Source of the DNA: Tubulanus polymorphus
Lineage: Eukaryota > Animalia > Nemertea
NCBI RefSeq assembly: GCF_964204645.1
Contig: NC_134035.1
Span: 3,286,001 to 3,350,000 of the forward strand
Length of the DNA: 64,000 nucleotides
Reading direction: 5' to 3'
Under the pieces are notes generated by a model. That model did no database searches. It saw only the letters and a list, made by a program, of their open reading frames with translations, and was not told the origin of the DNA. Below are positions 14,540 through 26,600 of this stretch, one piece after another. Position 1 is the first letter of the stretch; every line of letters starts with the position of its first letter. A program made the translations under genes and the position numbers.

Positions 14540-14583
14540 CATTTCTGAAGACGACTATCAGAATATAGTCGAAACGTTGAATG
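14540..14583 (+). ncRNA. Minimal type-I hammerhead ribozyme in a Penelope-like remnant (to ~14648)
   Basis: CATTT-CTGAAGA-C-GACTA(TCAGAATA)TAGTC-GAAAC-GTT-GAATG. Stem I CATTT/GAATG can form 5 bp including one G-U pair. Confidence 0.75.
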
Positions 14584-15355
14584 AACTATCAGCTCAAGGA
14601 AACATTTCCGACGTCCTTTTTCGTGATGATTTAGTGTGAGGATTTCCTTTATTCATATCTTTCTTTTATTGCCGTGTCATCGACGTCAAGACGTTTACAC
14701 ATACTCTCAATGATACAAACCCCCGGAGAAACTTCCGTCGAATACACGGTATATTCGTAAGGGAAGCAAAAGTGCGAAATCACGTACAAAATAAACCATG
14801 ATTAGAACTAACTTTTATTGTCGAATCCTCCCTACAGAGGATTTATTCGATGAAATAGTAATGCTTTAAATGAACACCCAGCGACGAATTGTATTTACAA
14901 CCAGCTTACGATCGCGTATATAGTCTTCTATATACAATCCCGACGGTATTCAACCTATACCCTTCGTTTATACGGCTGTTATTCTAAGCATATCGTGATA
15001 TATATCGAATAGGTTTCAGCTCGCGCGCGGACGTGACCGTTTGGAGTTTCGCCGCCGACGTTAACGAGATGACACTACACGACGGAAACGATGATTTGGT
15101 CGGTACCTGTTAAATGTCGTTCGTCAGATGCTGTACGAGTCTCGCGGGACCGGACATACCGGTGTCTAAATAGTGGCTGTGACGCGTAGATAGTCAAACG
15201 CGGACAATACGCCTATAATGTCAGTTAATTACCTGCGTATATCATCGCCGTATAGACGGTTCCTTGTATCAGTTCATATCACAAGCACGCGCGAATATTA
15301 GTTTTTCTTTAGCAGCAAATCACGTTGCTATATTCGCTTTGTATCGAACCGATAC

Positions 15356-15385
15356 TGCCGCTGCTGCTGCTGCTGCTGCTGCTGC
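15356..15385. repeat. (CTG)n microsatellite
   Basis: Run of GCT repeats. Similar runs lie at ~4250-4285, ~28890 and ~49716. Confidence 0.9.
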
Positions 15386-16604
15386 GGGTCCAGGGTGTCG
15401 TCTCGTAGGTCTTGTAAGAGACCCTAAATTGTTTTCGATTGCCCTTTCTGATTGAACTATTTGTCTTTTTACTGCCTTTATCATATCTGATAAACTTCTC
15501 ATGCATATGTTGATGGGATAAGGAAATGTTTGTTACTTGTAGTAGCTATAAAATGCATCGAATAATCCATCCACAAGTTTTCAAAGGCGACGCCCTTATT
15601 GCTAATACGACTCCAATGATATCAGGTAAACTAACCTGAAAGTTTATTGAGGCCCTGGAAAATAACGCACAAAACGCCAATGTTGATGACGTAGTGCACA
15701 TCGACTCACGCACAACCCCTTAAAAAATAACGCATGCTATAAGGTATCAATGTATATAATCATTATTGTAACGATTTCTACGGGCGTCAAAAAAACCGTT
15801 AAAATGTGTCGTAAGACCTTCCAAACAAGGCCTTGGATCCACCCGTGATATTGGCGTAGCTGGTGGCGAGTCTTAAAAAGGTGGTAAACGGTTCAGAACG
15901 TCCGATGCAATCACGAAATCATCAGTTACATCATCCACAGGTGACGCGAGTACCGCTCGAATGGCTCGCTCATTGAATACTAGCACAGCAACTCGGCGGT
16001 CGCAAATACGCTGAGTATACGGCGCAAAAAAGAACGTTCTACTATTGTAAAGATCATTCATCGGTTAATCCCATTTCAGCCTTTTGACCGGGACTAGAAC
16101 AACAAATTTAGAACGCCGCCATTCTCAGAACCTTAAGCTTTGATTCTAGATACGGCGACGGCGTCGCTGGTCCGTTCATTCGTATGAGATCCGACGCAAA
16201 CGTGGAACAACGACTTCAAAAAACAGACCGGCATGTTTTATTCATGAGAGGTTTCGTTTGAAGGCCGGTGTATGGGGTCGTCGAGCGGTATTCTAATTCA
16301 TGCTAATTTCTCCAGTTTTAGGCAAACATATCACTATACTGCATTTTAATCCCCGTAGATCTTTCGTACGCGTGACCGGTCGATGACTGTTGAAACAGTT
16401 CAGTAGATATAAACTCAGATACTTCGATACATTGTTAATAATAACAATAATAATAATGATTATCATTATTATTATTGCCATTATGATAATAATGATAATA
16501 ATAACATTTATCCTTATACCATTCTCCACAGCTTATTAGAGCAGTTTAAATGAAACATATAATAAAAGAAGTCCCACGATTCGAAAATATTAAATGATAT
16601 AATT

Positions 16605-16805
16605 TATTAAAACGAAACCAATAAAAACCTAATTTTCTAATGAGTTAAAACACTTTACTAAACGCGCACGTTTTCGGGATCACGAGGGGATATGTTCGTG
16701 TTTAATAAACTGTTTTTACTCATTAGAAAATTACGTTTTTATTGTTATCGCTTCTACGGTTATTCTTCGATCATCTACAGTGAACACGGATTAGAAAGTT
16801 TCATT
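16605..16805. mobile_element. Foldback element, possibly a related Penelope-like family
   Basis: Arms AATAAAAACCTAATTTTCTAATGAGT and ACTCATTAGAAAATTACGTTTTTATT. It ends with AACACGGATTAG, resembling the shared end motif. No intact ribozyme core. Confidence 0.45.
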
Positions 16806-17342
16806 CGACTACTATCGTGAAATATGTACATTCTGCTTTAAGTTTCCACGACAGACTTAAATTCGTCGATATCCGCGCGGCAGCTGCGTAAATTAAAAGT
16901 TAGATTGTTCCGCATTGACAAACAGGCCCTCAGTCTAACCCACGCTCTTGAGCATTCTCAAAAAAAAAATCGTTAGTCAAGCTTTTTTTACGCTTAGATC
17001 TAAAATCATCTGAATTGACATTGACATGTATTCGGTACATTATAAGTAGAATAATGTGCGCTATCGCGAGGAACACTCTGGATTTTCACGAAGACAATTC
17101 GTTATTCTACTCGACGATCTGATATTCGATATGTACATACATTCGTTAATTACTTTTTGCACGCAAAATATTCGGACACGTACAATATATCAAATGAAAT
17201 ACGTTTCGTTCCTACTTGAATGTATGTCGTATACGCATGGATTTTTCTATTTTTATCACGATACGGAATTCTTAGCTAAGAAATGTGAACTGTCGGTTTC
17301 GATTCGTGGATTTTACTAGGACTAATCGGTCGGCGTATGCGC

Positions 17343-17468
17343 CCGAGAGCTCAGCGAGCGACCCGGCAAAAGAGCCTCAACGGCCAAAGCCAAAGCCAAA
17401 TGGATCCCGAGAGTTCAGCGAGCGACCCGGCAAAAGGGTCAACGGCCAAAGCCAACGCCAAATGGATA
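17343..17468. repeat. Tandem duplication, 2 x ~63 bp
   Basis: CCGAGAG.TCAGCGAGCGACCCGGCAAAAG...TCAACGGCCAAAGCCAA..CCAAATGGAT occurs twice. Confidence 0.85.
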
Positions 17469-18989
17469 TCAATACTGACCACATTGTGGCACATGATTTG
17501 ACTGGTCAAGAAATGTGTTCTGAGCACCCATCTCTAAATCTGTTAATCTGTTTTTCGTACTATTTTATCGATGACACGATACATTTTGAGGATTCGAGGA
17601 AAATATCAGCATGACGCAAGCCGTGGGTCTGAAGTAGCGATCTGTCAATTCCCGAAATGTACGCTGAAAGATTCGTATTAAATATATACTAAATATATAA
17701 ACAACTGATACAAACTACAAAACTACCAAAGAAATCTATAAGATTTGCACTCATTAGCAACTCGACTCACTGGCCCGTCAACTAATATTTGCGCTACTAT
17801 TTTACTTTTATTTTTCTACATACACCCGCCCCCTTCCCATCCGCGGGATGATAATACGCTTTTCGTCGTTTGTCTTAAATCCTGTGCCTTCGACGCGAAT
17901 GGGAACGTTTTTAATGAGCGCGAATCGCTCCCTCTCTCTCTCTCGCGCGCGCCGCTTCAAAGTGGTCGTCGAATCTACTTCAGATGTAAAGATAAGAGCC
18001 GGTGAACCGTTTGAAATCGGGTTTACAGTCAACACACTCAATTAGGCCTTGTTATCGTTTCGCTAGTCGCGTACCGGGTTAAAAGAACGAAAAAGCAATC
18101 GTTCGACGTCGAACATCAAACGACTCTAATTCTAACGACGTTTTTGCGGATTCTATCAATGGCGATCAGTTATTCGTGTATTTATGCATCTACGATACGA
18201 ATATTAGAGGTCAATTCGTGCCTCCGTTGTATTGTCTCTCGCGATATGATGTAAGATTGCCTTGATTATACCGAAACACGATTTGCGCCGACAACGGTTT
18301 CACAATTAATTAGACAACGATTTTGCCGTGTGCACTATGATACGTCGTCCAGTGCCGACATACGTCACCGTGATTTCCAGCGCCGGAAACCGGACACTAC
18401 TATTATTAATTCGGCCATTTTGTTTTCCAATATGGCGGACGCGCCATTTATATGATAACAACAGACATTATTGTTTTGCTTCCCAATTTGATCCCGGTCG
18501 TCGGGTGATGCGTTTTGATCATCGCGAAAGCCTGCGTCGCATATTGAACAGCGGTAAATTGCATTTATGTTTCGGCGGCATTATATATACATTAAGTTTT
18601 CTCTCGATTTTGTTTGTACACGCAACGCAGACTTCGGACGAAAAGGCATTGGAGACGTATTGAAAAAAATACCGCACTGAGAACGAAAGATAAGAGTCTG
18701 AAGTGTTTCTTCGAGCTTGTTTAGTTTAATTTAAGTTTCGATGCTTATAGTCATATTCACAGGAATTGTGACAAAATTTTGGGAGGCAGTCCATGGAGGG
18801 GTTGGGGGGGGGCAGTTGCTCAACAGATAGCTGAAGTTGACCAGGATGGTTGAAATTTGGGTATAAGTTAACGACATCTATATAGACGACATGTCTTAAT
18901 CACTGTATTCTCAACGTTTTTTCTTAATTTTCTTAAGTAGTTTATATTAGTATATCTAGATGATGCTACACTAGTTAAACGAGAAAGAT

Positions 18990-19110
18990 GAAGTCCGGAA
19001 TGTTTCCTTCACGCTAAGGATTCATTGATTCGACGTTTTCCTGCGAGTTATCCTGAAGAAAACTATTGGACTATAGTCGAGACGTTAAACCAATGAATAT
19101 TGAGCTTAAT
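18990..19110 (+). mobile_element. Degenerate hammerhead-bearing Penelope-like remnant
   Basis: CCTGAAGAAAACTATTGGACTATAGTCGAGACGTT at ~19052-19086 (GAAA mutated to GAGA), with a partial inverted arm upstream. Confidence 0.5.
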
Positions 19111-19429
19111 CTCGGTCCGTTTTAGCCGAATCTTGCCCGCCACAACAAAGGGACTAATCAAGCAAAAAGATGTGATACAAACTCGGGGTAACATTTACAG
19201 AATAAAACGACACTTAAAAACTAAAAGATTCACAGTCTTCGCGCTTTTCAAACTACTTTTCACTCCTATCGTAAGGACTTGATTACCGCTGACACGAACA
19301 GAGTTTTATCAACGGTTAGCCTTCGTCTTTTTTAGTCGAAGTTCATTCACGGCAGTCGGTGTTTTCAGGTACGAAAACATCACTCAGTCGACGCGCAGCG
19401 CACAACAAACACGTCGAGAAAAATAATCT

Positions 19430-19760
19430 GACGGAAGAGAGAGAGAGAGAGAGAAAAATTGACTGTTATTTTCCTACTCTAGGTTCGAGCTTAATTGTTC
19501 GTTCGCCGATGTTTTTCGTTCATCGGGAGGTGACAAAGTGATCTAAATTATCTTCGAGCACGCGAGGTTTATAAAAAGGTTGTACACGTCGTCGCGGTCG
19601 GTTCGGTTCGGTTAGGATCAAGGGAAAGACGTTTCGTGCGAGAGCGCGACTGCCTTTCAAGTGTATAGCTGCCTGATCGAACGAAGACCTGATTCGACGA
19701 GGCATCACGTAGCATACTACGACCAGTCCACGTCATACTGAATCAGTTACTGGTACGGTA
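19430..19760 (+). promoter_or_regulatory. Candidate TATA promoter with a structured leader
   Basis: (GA)n tract at ~19436-19453, TATAAAAAGG at 19570, and an Inr-like TCGGTT about 28 nt downstream, followed by a long hairpin. Confidence 0.3.
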
Positions 19761-20049
19761 CGCTAAACGTTGGCCTAACCACAAAAGGACTTTATTCATG
19801 GCACAGCAACCGATTTCGTAGATGGAACTTTGATTGCACAGTTGAAAATGTATTCATTTACCAATACGTGACCCTATATACAGTGCCTTAACTGAAAACC
19901 TATTGGAACTATAGATTTCCGAAGCCTGAACTTAGTAATTACATCAGAACTATACACATTTAAAGAAAAATAAAAAGGAAATTAATTCTATCGGGAACTA
20001 AAAGCAAAAGAGAGCGAAAAAATCGTTATAAAGGGGACATCGAGGGACC

Positions 20050-20135
20050 GCCACAATACGGCGCCTAAAAACTGAGAAACTTTATCAAAAAACACAACGT
20101 TTCGGACTCCCTTTAAAGACGATCATCGTCAGATG
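20050..20135 (-). mobile_element. Degenerate hammerhead-bearing remnant
   Basis: Minus strand reads CTGACGA...GTCC-GAAACGTTG, followed downstream by the family motif ATTGTGG. Stem II is eroded. Confidence 0.45.
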
Positions 20136-21862
20136 TTAAGAAATAAACGAGGAATATGAACTTAATGAACTTACTGAAAACACGCCGGGATTCATTTCAC
20201 GATTGAGGGGGGTGAATGTTTCGGAGATCTGATGTACCGGAGTTCGATAACCGGATATCCGAAATGTTCCTAAACGACAGGAATGCGAGCACTATCTAAC
20301 TATGTGCTTAAACGCGCATAAAGCAGTTTACACTCGGCGTCCATCGTCTGAAAGCGATTAGACAAAATGACTTTCCTCGGCGAATTCAGCTCGGGAGGAA
20401 TATTATTATCGCAAGGTTAGTCGTCGATACTGATCCCTAATAGCTCGTGTCGTTTATCAAAGACAAACCTCTCATCGCGTGCTTCATCTCCAGATTTCAT
20501 AAATCCTTACCATAAATCTGCGCATAATGGAATTATTATCGAATAGTCGAATTATACTGATTGATCATATCAAATTCAACTTGATTTTCGTACGATTTTC
20601 ATGTCTGAGATCGTTAGGATACAATAAAATCTATAGCCTATAGTTAGATAGGTATATAGCCTATATAGTCATAAAGACATTATGTAGTTATCATTACACA
20701 CTTGTTAAAACTTGGCCACAATGGAGCAGCAGATTCAGCAGCGAATTCATAACATGAAAATCGAAAATATTATCAGGTTCCTTGTTAACAACCGTAAAGT
20801 CTCGGAAGAACCCCAATCCATACATTCTACATTGCCGAAGAACCTTAAAACTCCACCGGGAACCCCCGAGGATCTTCGAGGAAGCCCCGAAGAACCCGGT
20901 GTTCTAAGAGTGCTGGTGGATAATGCATTTTATGACTATCGAATGGTTTGGGATTTTTTCACCTTACAGAGCACGGATCTCATTTTACAGGCGCGCTGTT
21001 GATTCTACAAATTGGTTACGTATTTTCTTGCACAGCTAGACACTAAGTTGCGCGATCTTACGCATATTGGCCTGCTGAAGATGGTTTGTTTTTTTTTTCG
21101 TGCGTAATTTCCTCATATCGAGAAATTGGGGTTACGGCTATTTCTTTTTTCTACCGCGGAAACGGTGCAAAATTACCAAACAACCGCTTTCCGAGAAAAA
21201 TCTTTTTCTTCACGCGTGTTTCACGGAGAATTGGTGTATTATGACTGTTCACGAGATGGTGTATTATGACTGTTCGCTCCTGTTGAATGGGCGACGGCGA
21301 GCCGTTCATAAGTGTCACCTCGTACAAACAAGCAAGATGCGGGGTCTCTAAAGAGATTCCGAAACGTTGCGTTCTCTGATTTTAATTTTTGATGAATTAA
21401 TTCTATACTTTTAGCCTTTTATATCTGTATAAATAGTGGGTCTGGTAAATAATCGCTAAAGGGTTTAAATTGAGGCAAATCTCTATTTTCCGCGTCTGTG
21501 TAAACGGGCTATTCTACTATAGAATCAGCCTATCATAAAGCGTACAAGACTCAATTCCCAAGAATTGCTATAATCTTAGAAGAAATGTCATTGAACATCA
21601 TTTTTCACCACTTCGTGATAAAGAGATCTTTGTGATAGAGGTGGAACAATGACTAATATTGATATTTATCAGTTTGCTGAAACACTTTAGCCTTCGATTC
21701 GCCAGTTAATGCTTCCTTAATTCTTAAAAAACTACTATGAATCCTATACCTCGAGGGAGATAAGGGAGATAGTTTACTGTAGAGACCCGAAAGAAATTGA
21801 AAAACATTGAAAAACATGGCCCGGCATCAACACCTCGAAAGTAGAAAATTTTATATCCGCCG

Positions 21863-22120
21863 GATTTTTATATAGCGCTAAATCCAGCTTCTAAAATCCG
21901 CGCAGAGCGCTTTACCTAAGAGCCTCATTAAAGAGAAAACGTTTAAGTTGCCTATACTGAAGATCTTCAGAGATTTTATTGACCGGAGAACTCCAGGAAA
22001 CGGATTCCACATTGATGGAAAAAGCCCAGAACCGAAACACCTTCTCCTGTATCTATAGCGACTGCTATTGAGGTTAAAAGCAGAAGAACGGAGTGTAAGT
22101 CCTCGGGAAAAAAATATGCA
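21863..22120 (-). mobile_element. LINE L2/CR1-group 3' end fragment (degenerate)
   Basis: Minus-strand translation LRSS...RCFG...PSMWNPFPGVLRSIKSLKIF...(LKRFLF) resembles the L2 ORF2 C-terminus. It is followed by the typical L2 tail GTAAAGCGC...AGCGCTATATAAA. Confidence 0.75.
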
Positions 22121-22399
22121 GATACGGACTGACTCTACAACGAAATTCCGTGATATAAGTATAAACGACTCTAGTCTACACGTCCTCGGTGTAAAGTTCA
22201 CTCGCTAATTACCGAGTTCGTGCGTATGACAATGGACGGTGTTGATTGTCTGTCCAAATGAACAATAGTTGCGACCGATGATAGAGGAATCTATAACGTC
22301 GCCGATATATACATTCGTGTTCGTGAATATACGCGCTCAAATAGCCTCGGAGACAGTTCATTTTGATTACTGATCCGTTATTATGCGTGTCTCTGTGAT

Positions 22400-22808
22400 C
22401 GAATATTTACAGGACGCTACAGAAACGTAAAAATCGAGATAAGACGATGTCTGTTCTATGACATAAACCCTGTTGAAGGTGGATTCTACTTTGTCATTGT
22501 ATGTCCCGCTTATCAGGACTTTAAAAAAAACCTTTTAGATGCAGTTAAACTGTTGGACCATCTGTCAGATCTACTATCGCAATGTCGAATTTTCAAAATT
22601 ACTAATTTGCTAAATTTCTCATGAAAGCTTCCGGACAATGAGGAATTCACTTTTACTACTTACATGAAATACTGTAAATTTTTTATTTCAGAATTCTATG
22701 AAAATAGCTGTGGTTGGAAAACCTATACCAACTAATTTCCGATTTGCGTATAGAATGACTTGTAAGTCCACCTTTGGGCCGGGTGCAGGTTATGGTAATG
22801 GACACACT

Positions 22809-22812
<4 letters not shown>
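22400..22812 (+). mobile_element. Degenerate non-LTR retrotransposon 3' fragment (RTE-X/CR1-like zinc knuckle)
   Basis: From 22442 the frame reads RRCLFYDINPVEGGFYFVIVCPAYQDF, a decayed form of the R.C.FC....EDEFHF...CP.Y motif. Confidence 0.55.

Positions 22813-22892
<80 letters not shown>
22813..22892. repeat. (TA)n microsatellite
   Basis: About 80 bp of TA repeats. Confidence 0.97.
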
Positions 22893-22893
<1 letters not shown>

Positions 22894-23379
22894 ATATTGC
22901 ACATGTCAGTACAATGAGAAGATGAATTAAAAATGAAAAGTTTTCGATTATCATAATACCCCTCAAAACCTCGTTTCGCCTTAATCCAATCGCGGCGGCC
23001 TCTTATTCCATATACAAACGTAATTTAGACCTCCTTGTAGCCGAGACTATTCTGTTTATAATTTCATAATTAATGCGCATCTTTTCGTCGTCGAAGTCTG
23101 GCGGGTGTATTTTTGCGAGCATAATTAATTAGGGGATTATAGCATTAGCCGGTACACCTGACGCTCGCAGCCGACCCTTAATCCGCGCTAATCCAACTTC
23201 TGTCGGCTATCTGTAATAAAAGGGCAATCACAGCGGTTAATAGATTCAATACGGTACAAACAGCGCGACTGATGAATTTTATATTAATGTGAAGAGGTGT
23301 GTAGGTGTGAAGATTCGCGTCTCGGTGCGTCGCTTCACTGAAATAAATACCTCACGTTCGCGACCTATAAACGGCGTGA

Positions 23380-23628
23380 AAATAAAGAGAATCCCACAAT
23401 GACAATGGAAAACCATAAGTCCGAAAAAATATTTTCTAGAGCCAGTAGTTTGTTCGACGTTTCGACTATATTCTAATAACTCAGTATTCCTGGAGATGGC
23501 TATTAGAATAAAGTCAAAACGCCGAATAAACTACTGGCTCTAGAATATATTTTCGGACTTTCATTATGATTGTGGGATTCTTGTTATTCTATCCTCACAA
23601 CACGGATATAGTGTTTTATCAATGGTGA
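23380..23628. mobile_element. Palindromic Penelope-like element with inverted hammerhead motifs and a target-site-like duplication
   Basis: Inverted arms GAATCCCACAAT...ATTGTGGGATTC. Central TATTC-CTGGAGA-TGGCT...AGTC-AAAACGCC-GAATA is a mutated core with stem I TATTC/GAATA. End motif at 23598-23623. Flanks TATAAACGGCGTGA and TATATACGGCGTGA match at 13/14. Confidence 0.72.
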
Positions 23629-26600
23629 TATATACGGCGTGATTTGATCGGATCGTATGTCGGTCACCGCCCGATCAAATCGTGGCGTAGGTGGCGAACG
23701 TGAAGTGTCACTCTGAAAAAATCCCTGGGCCCAGTTCAACAGTTGTGAGTTAGAGTTTACTCCGAGTTAAAGTTGGTTCGTTTTCAATGAGTCAAATCTT
23801 AACTCAGAACACTGCGGACCCTGCTGTAGACCGCAGTCGTCAACGTAACGATATATATGATATACCGGAAAAAATGAGACCTGCCTAAACTCGAAACTTA
23901 TCATTGCAAAGACATTCACAAAGACACGTATAGTGAATCAGCCCTTATTATGTAAACTTTCGAAATTCAAGTTGTCGGAAAAGGTTTGAGATCTCGTGTA
24001 AGATTGGCTTCTAAAGATTGTCTCAGTGTATTAGTAATTATTACAAAGATCTCTAACTTCACGTTTGGTATAGAAGAAGAATACCTTATCGAAGTAACGC
24101 GTCAGCTGCGAATAATTATAAACCGAGTTATTTCAGAACTGAAACGTAATCTCTTGAAGGAAATGAAAAGGCGAGCCGTTGTCCGGATTCTGCACAGTTA
24201 TACACTGGCACCGATACCGAACCAAGTCGACCTCGACCTTAATTAGTAGTCGCTAATAATGACGTAAATTCACTGATAATCACATTCCGCAAAGTCGCAG
24301 CGCGAGAACTGTCTGGACTACGAGTTAATTATCTTAGGACGGGCAATTCGGAAATCAGCCCCGCTGGTTTGTAACGAATTGACGCGCGTCTGACCAAGAC
24401 ATACGTATTCGACCAACGTCTGGGGTATAAATTTCCAATTTTCGATAATAATTATCTATCTATCAATTCGGGAAGTTTGGGCCCTCTTGCATTTCATTCG
24501 AAACATCGCTATTTTTAATCCGATACTGCTACACATAAAATGAATTATTTTTACTCGGGCTTTGAAATCATATACCTGGCTCATAAAAAACCCAGGCGCT
24601 CTAATCTGTAATACACCGTGGCCAGATGGTACGACGCTATTCCTTTACCGAACTAGGTCTTTTTTAGCAAGAATGCACATCAATAAAAAATGAGTTATTT
24701 TTTACTTTTGTCTAGACGGGCTAATATGTTTAATAAAAGAAATTCGATGTTTAGAAATAAGAGGTTTTTTTATTCGTGGTTCAGTTTAAAAAGCTCAAAC
24801 TAAAATCAAATTCTTGAGTTCATTGAAAATTGGAAGGTTTTTCATTCGCAACTTCATTCACCACGCGTTACCATGATTTATTTTTTCAATTTCTATAACT
24901 CATCAGCTAAACGTGCATCTTTGCAGAAAACCCATTATCGCTGCTTTGCAGCCATATCTATTATTATTATTTTTTATTCAACTCTATTCATTTTTAGAGA
25001 AACTGAGCATGAAAACTGTATCACGAAATCATGAAATGTCATATATCAATTCACGTAACACTTCCATATACGACAAGAGACTATTACCATTTCAAATCGT
25101 CATCATCTTCGATCATTTTTCTTTGAAAGGAAAATGAAAAAAAAACACCATCGAGAAAGCCTATCATATTCTTTGAAAAGATTATTTCTTTTTCTGATAA
25201 TACGCTATGTAGCGACGGTGCACAAGTGTCATCGTTAAACCTGACGTACGGAGTTAATCGAAATGCGCCTTTTGAATAAATATGGCATTATTCGCCTTAA
25301 ATAAACCGCCACCAACAACATGGACTTAATCTAGCGAGTCAAGCCGTAATATTGCAATAAAGTGCGTCGGTTTTCGCGTGAATTTCGCCGCATAAATTCG
25401 AGCGCTTGTCAATTCGTCTCACGTGTAGGCCGCATCTTTCAAATCTGGCGAATCTTCGCAACATTAAGTGATATTACCGACGACGTGTGCGAAAATTTAT
25501 CGCTTGTCTTCTGCCGAGCGCGGTGCTCATTTCGTCGATAAAATTGATACGCATTTTATTCAGCTGTCGCAGTAACGGTTGTCTCCGATATTCACCGGGT
25601 TTACGGGGTCGCGCCGTAACGGTTTTTTTTCATAAATGTTACGACGCATTTTTTCTTTCGAGGGATTCAACCTAGTGAGATAGGTCTCCTAAATTGTAGA
25701 AGAAACCATACGACGTTTTCAACTATATAGTTTTGATAATAGCTAAAAGTACAATTCAGTAGAAAGGTCAATTCGTTTTCCTTCGTGATATTGTGTATTT
25801 CTAACTTCAAATAACAGACGCCTGTCTATGGAAACCAGGTAGTCGCATATTCTGGCTTAGACTTAAGACCAGGCTAGGGCCATCTAAGTTCTACAGCTAA
25901 TTTTAAAACTAGACTATAGTCTTACCACTGAAAACCACTTATTGTGTAGAGTCTTCTATCCAGGTTTTCTTCATACAGATGAATAATTTAGACTTATTTT
26001 ACTGGACAATATAGCTTAACGTATTGGGAGCTTTCATCTAGTTCTCTCGACTCGTTGGCGAGCAAATCTAGAGAAGTTGATGAAAGCAACGCCAGTAAGC
26101 TACGTAAGCTTTGTTATCCAGTAAAAATACGTCTTACTGTGGTTCAACCAGTTTGGACTAAGTACCGACTACGGAACTTGCCCCTGCGGAGCCACCCGAG
26201 ATAAGATTAGACTTAGAAGTTAAAATTGAACTAATTCTAACTCCGAGTAAACTCCGACCGGCATGTTGAACTGTGGATCCCGAAATCTGATAGTCAATTC
26301 ACGATCAACTTTTCATTATTGTACGTAATGTATTTTATCTATACCGTGATAGGAGACATCGATAGCAATCAGTCTCGATTTGTAACCACGATCACGCGTC
26401 TACCTTGCACTAGAGGTCGGATCGGCCATTAGAATTAATCTCTCCGTCCAAATGTTCCCCAATCCGGACGATAAATACCGTCGGAATAATCGAAATAAAA
26501 GTCTATTAAGAATCCGCACCGGATCGCTTCCGTCGCACTAACGCGTATTCAATGCATTGATGAAATTGTCTTCGGCACCCGAGAAACATTCGGAGTCTTC

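Noticed and set aside
19667-19690. miR-745/miR-22 family microRNA call
   Set aside because: Only about 11 nt at the 5' end match, and the terminal region is too large and structured for a canonical pre-miRNA. It is kept only as part of the hairpin finding.
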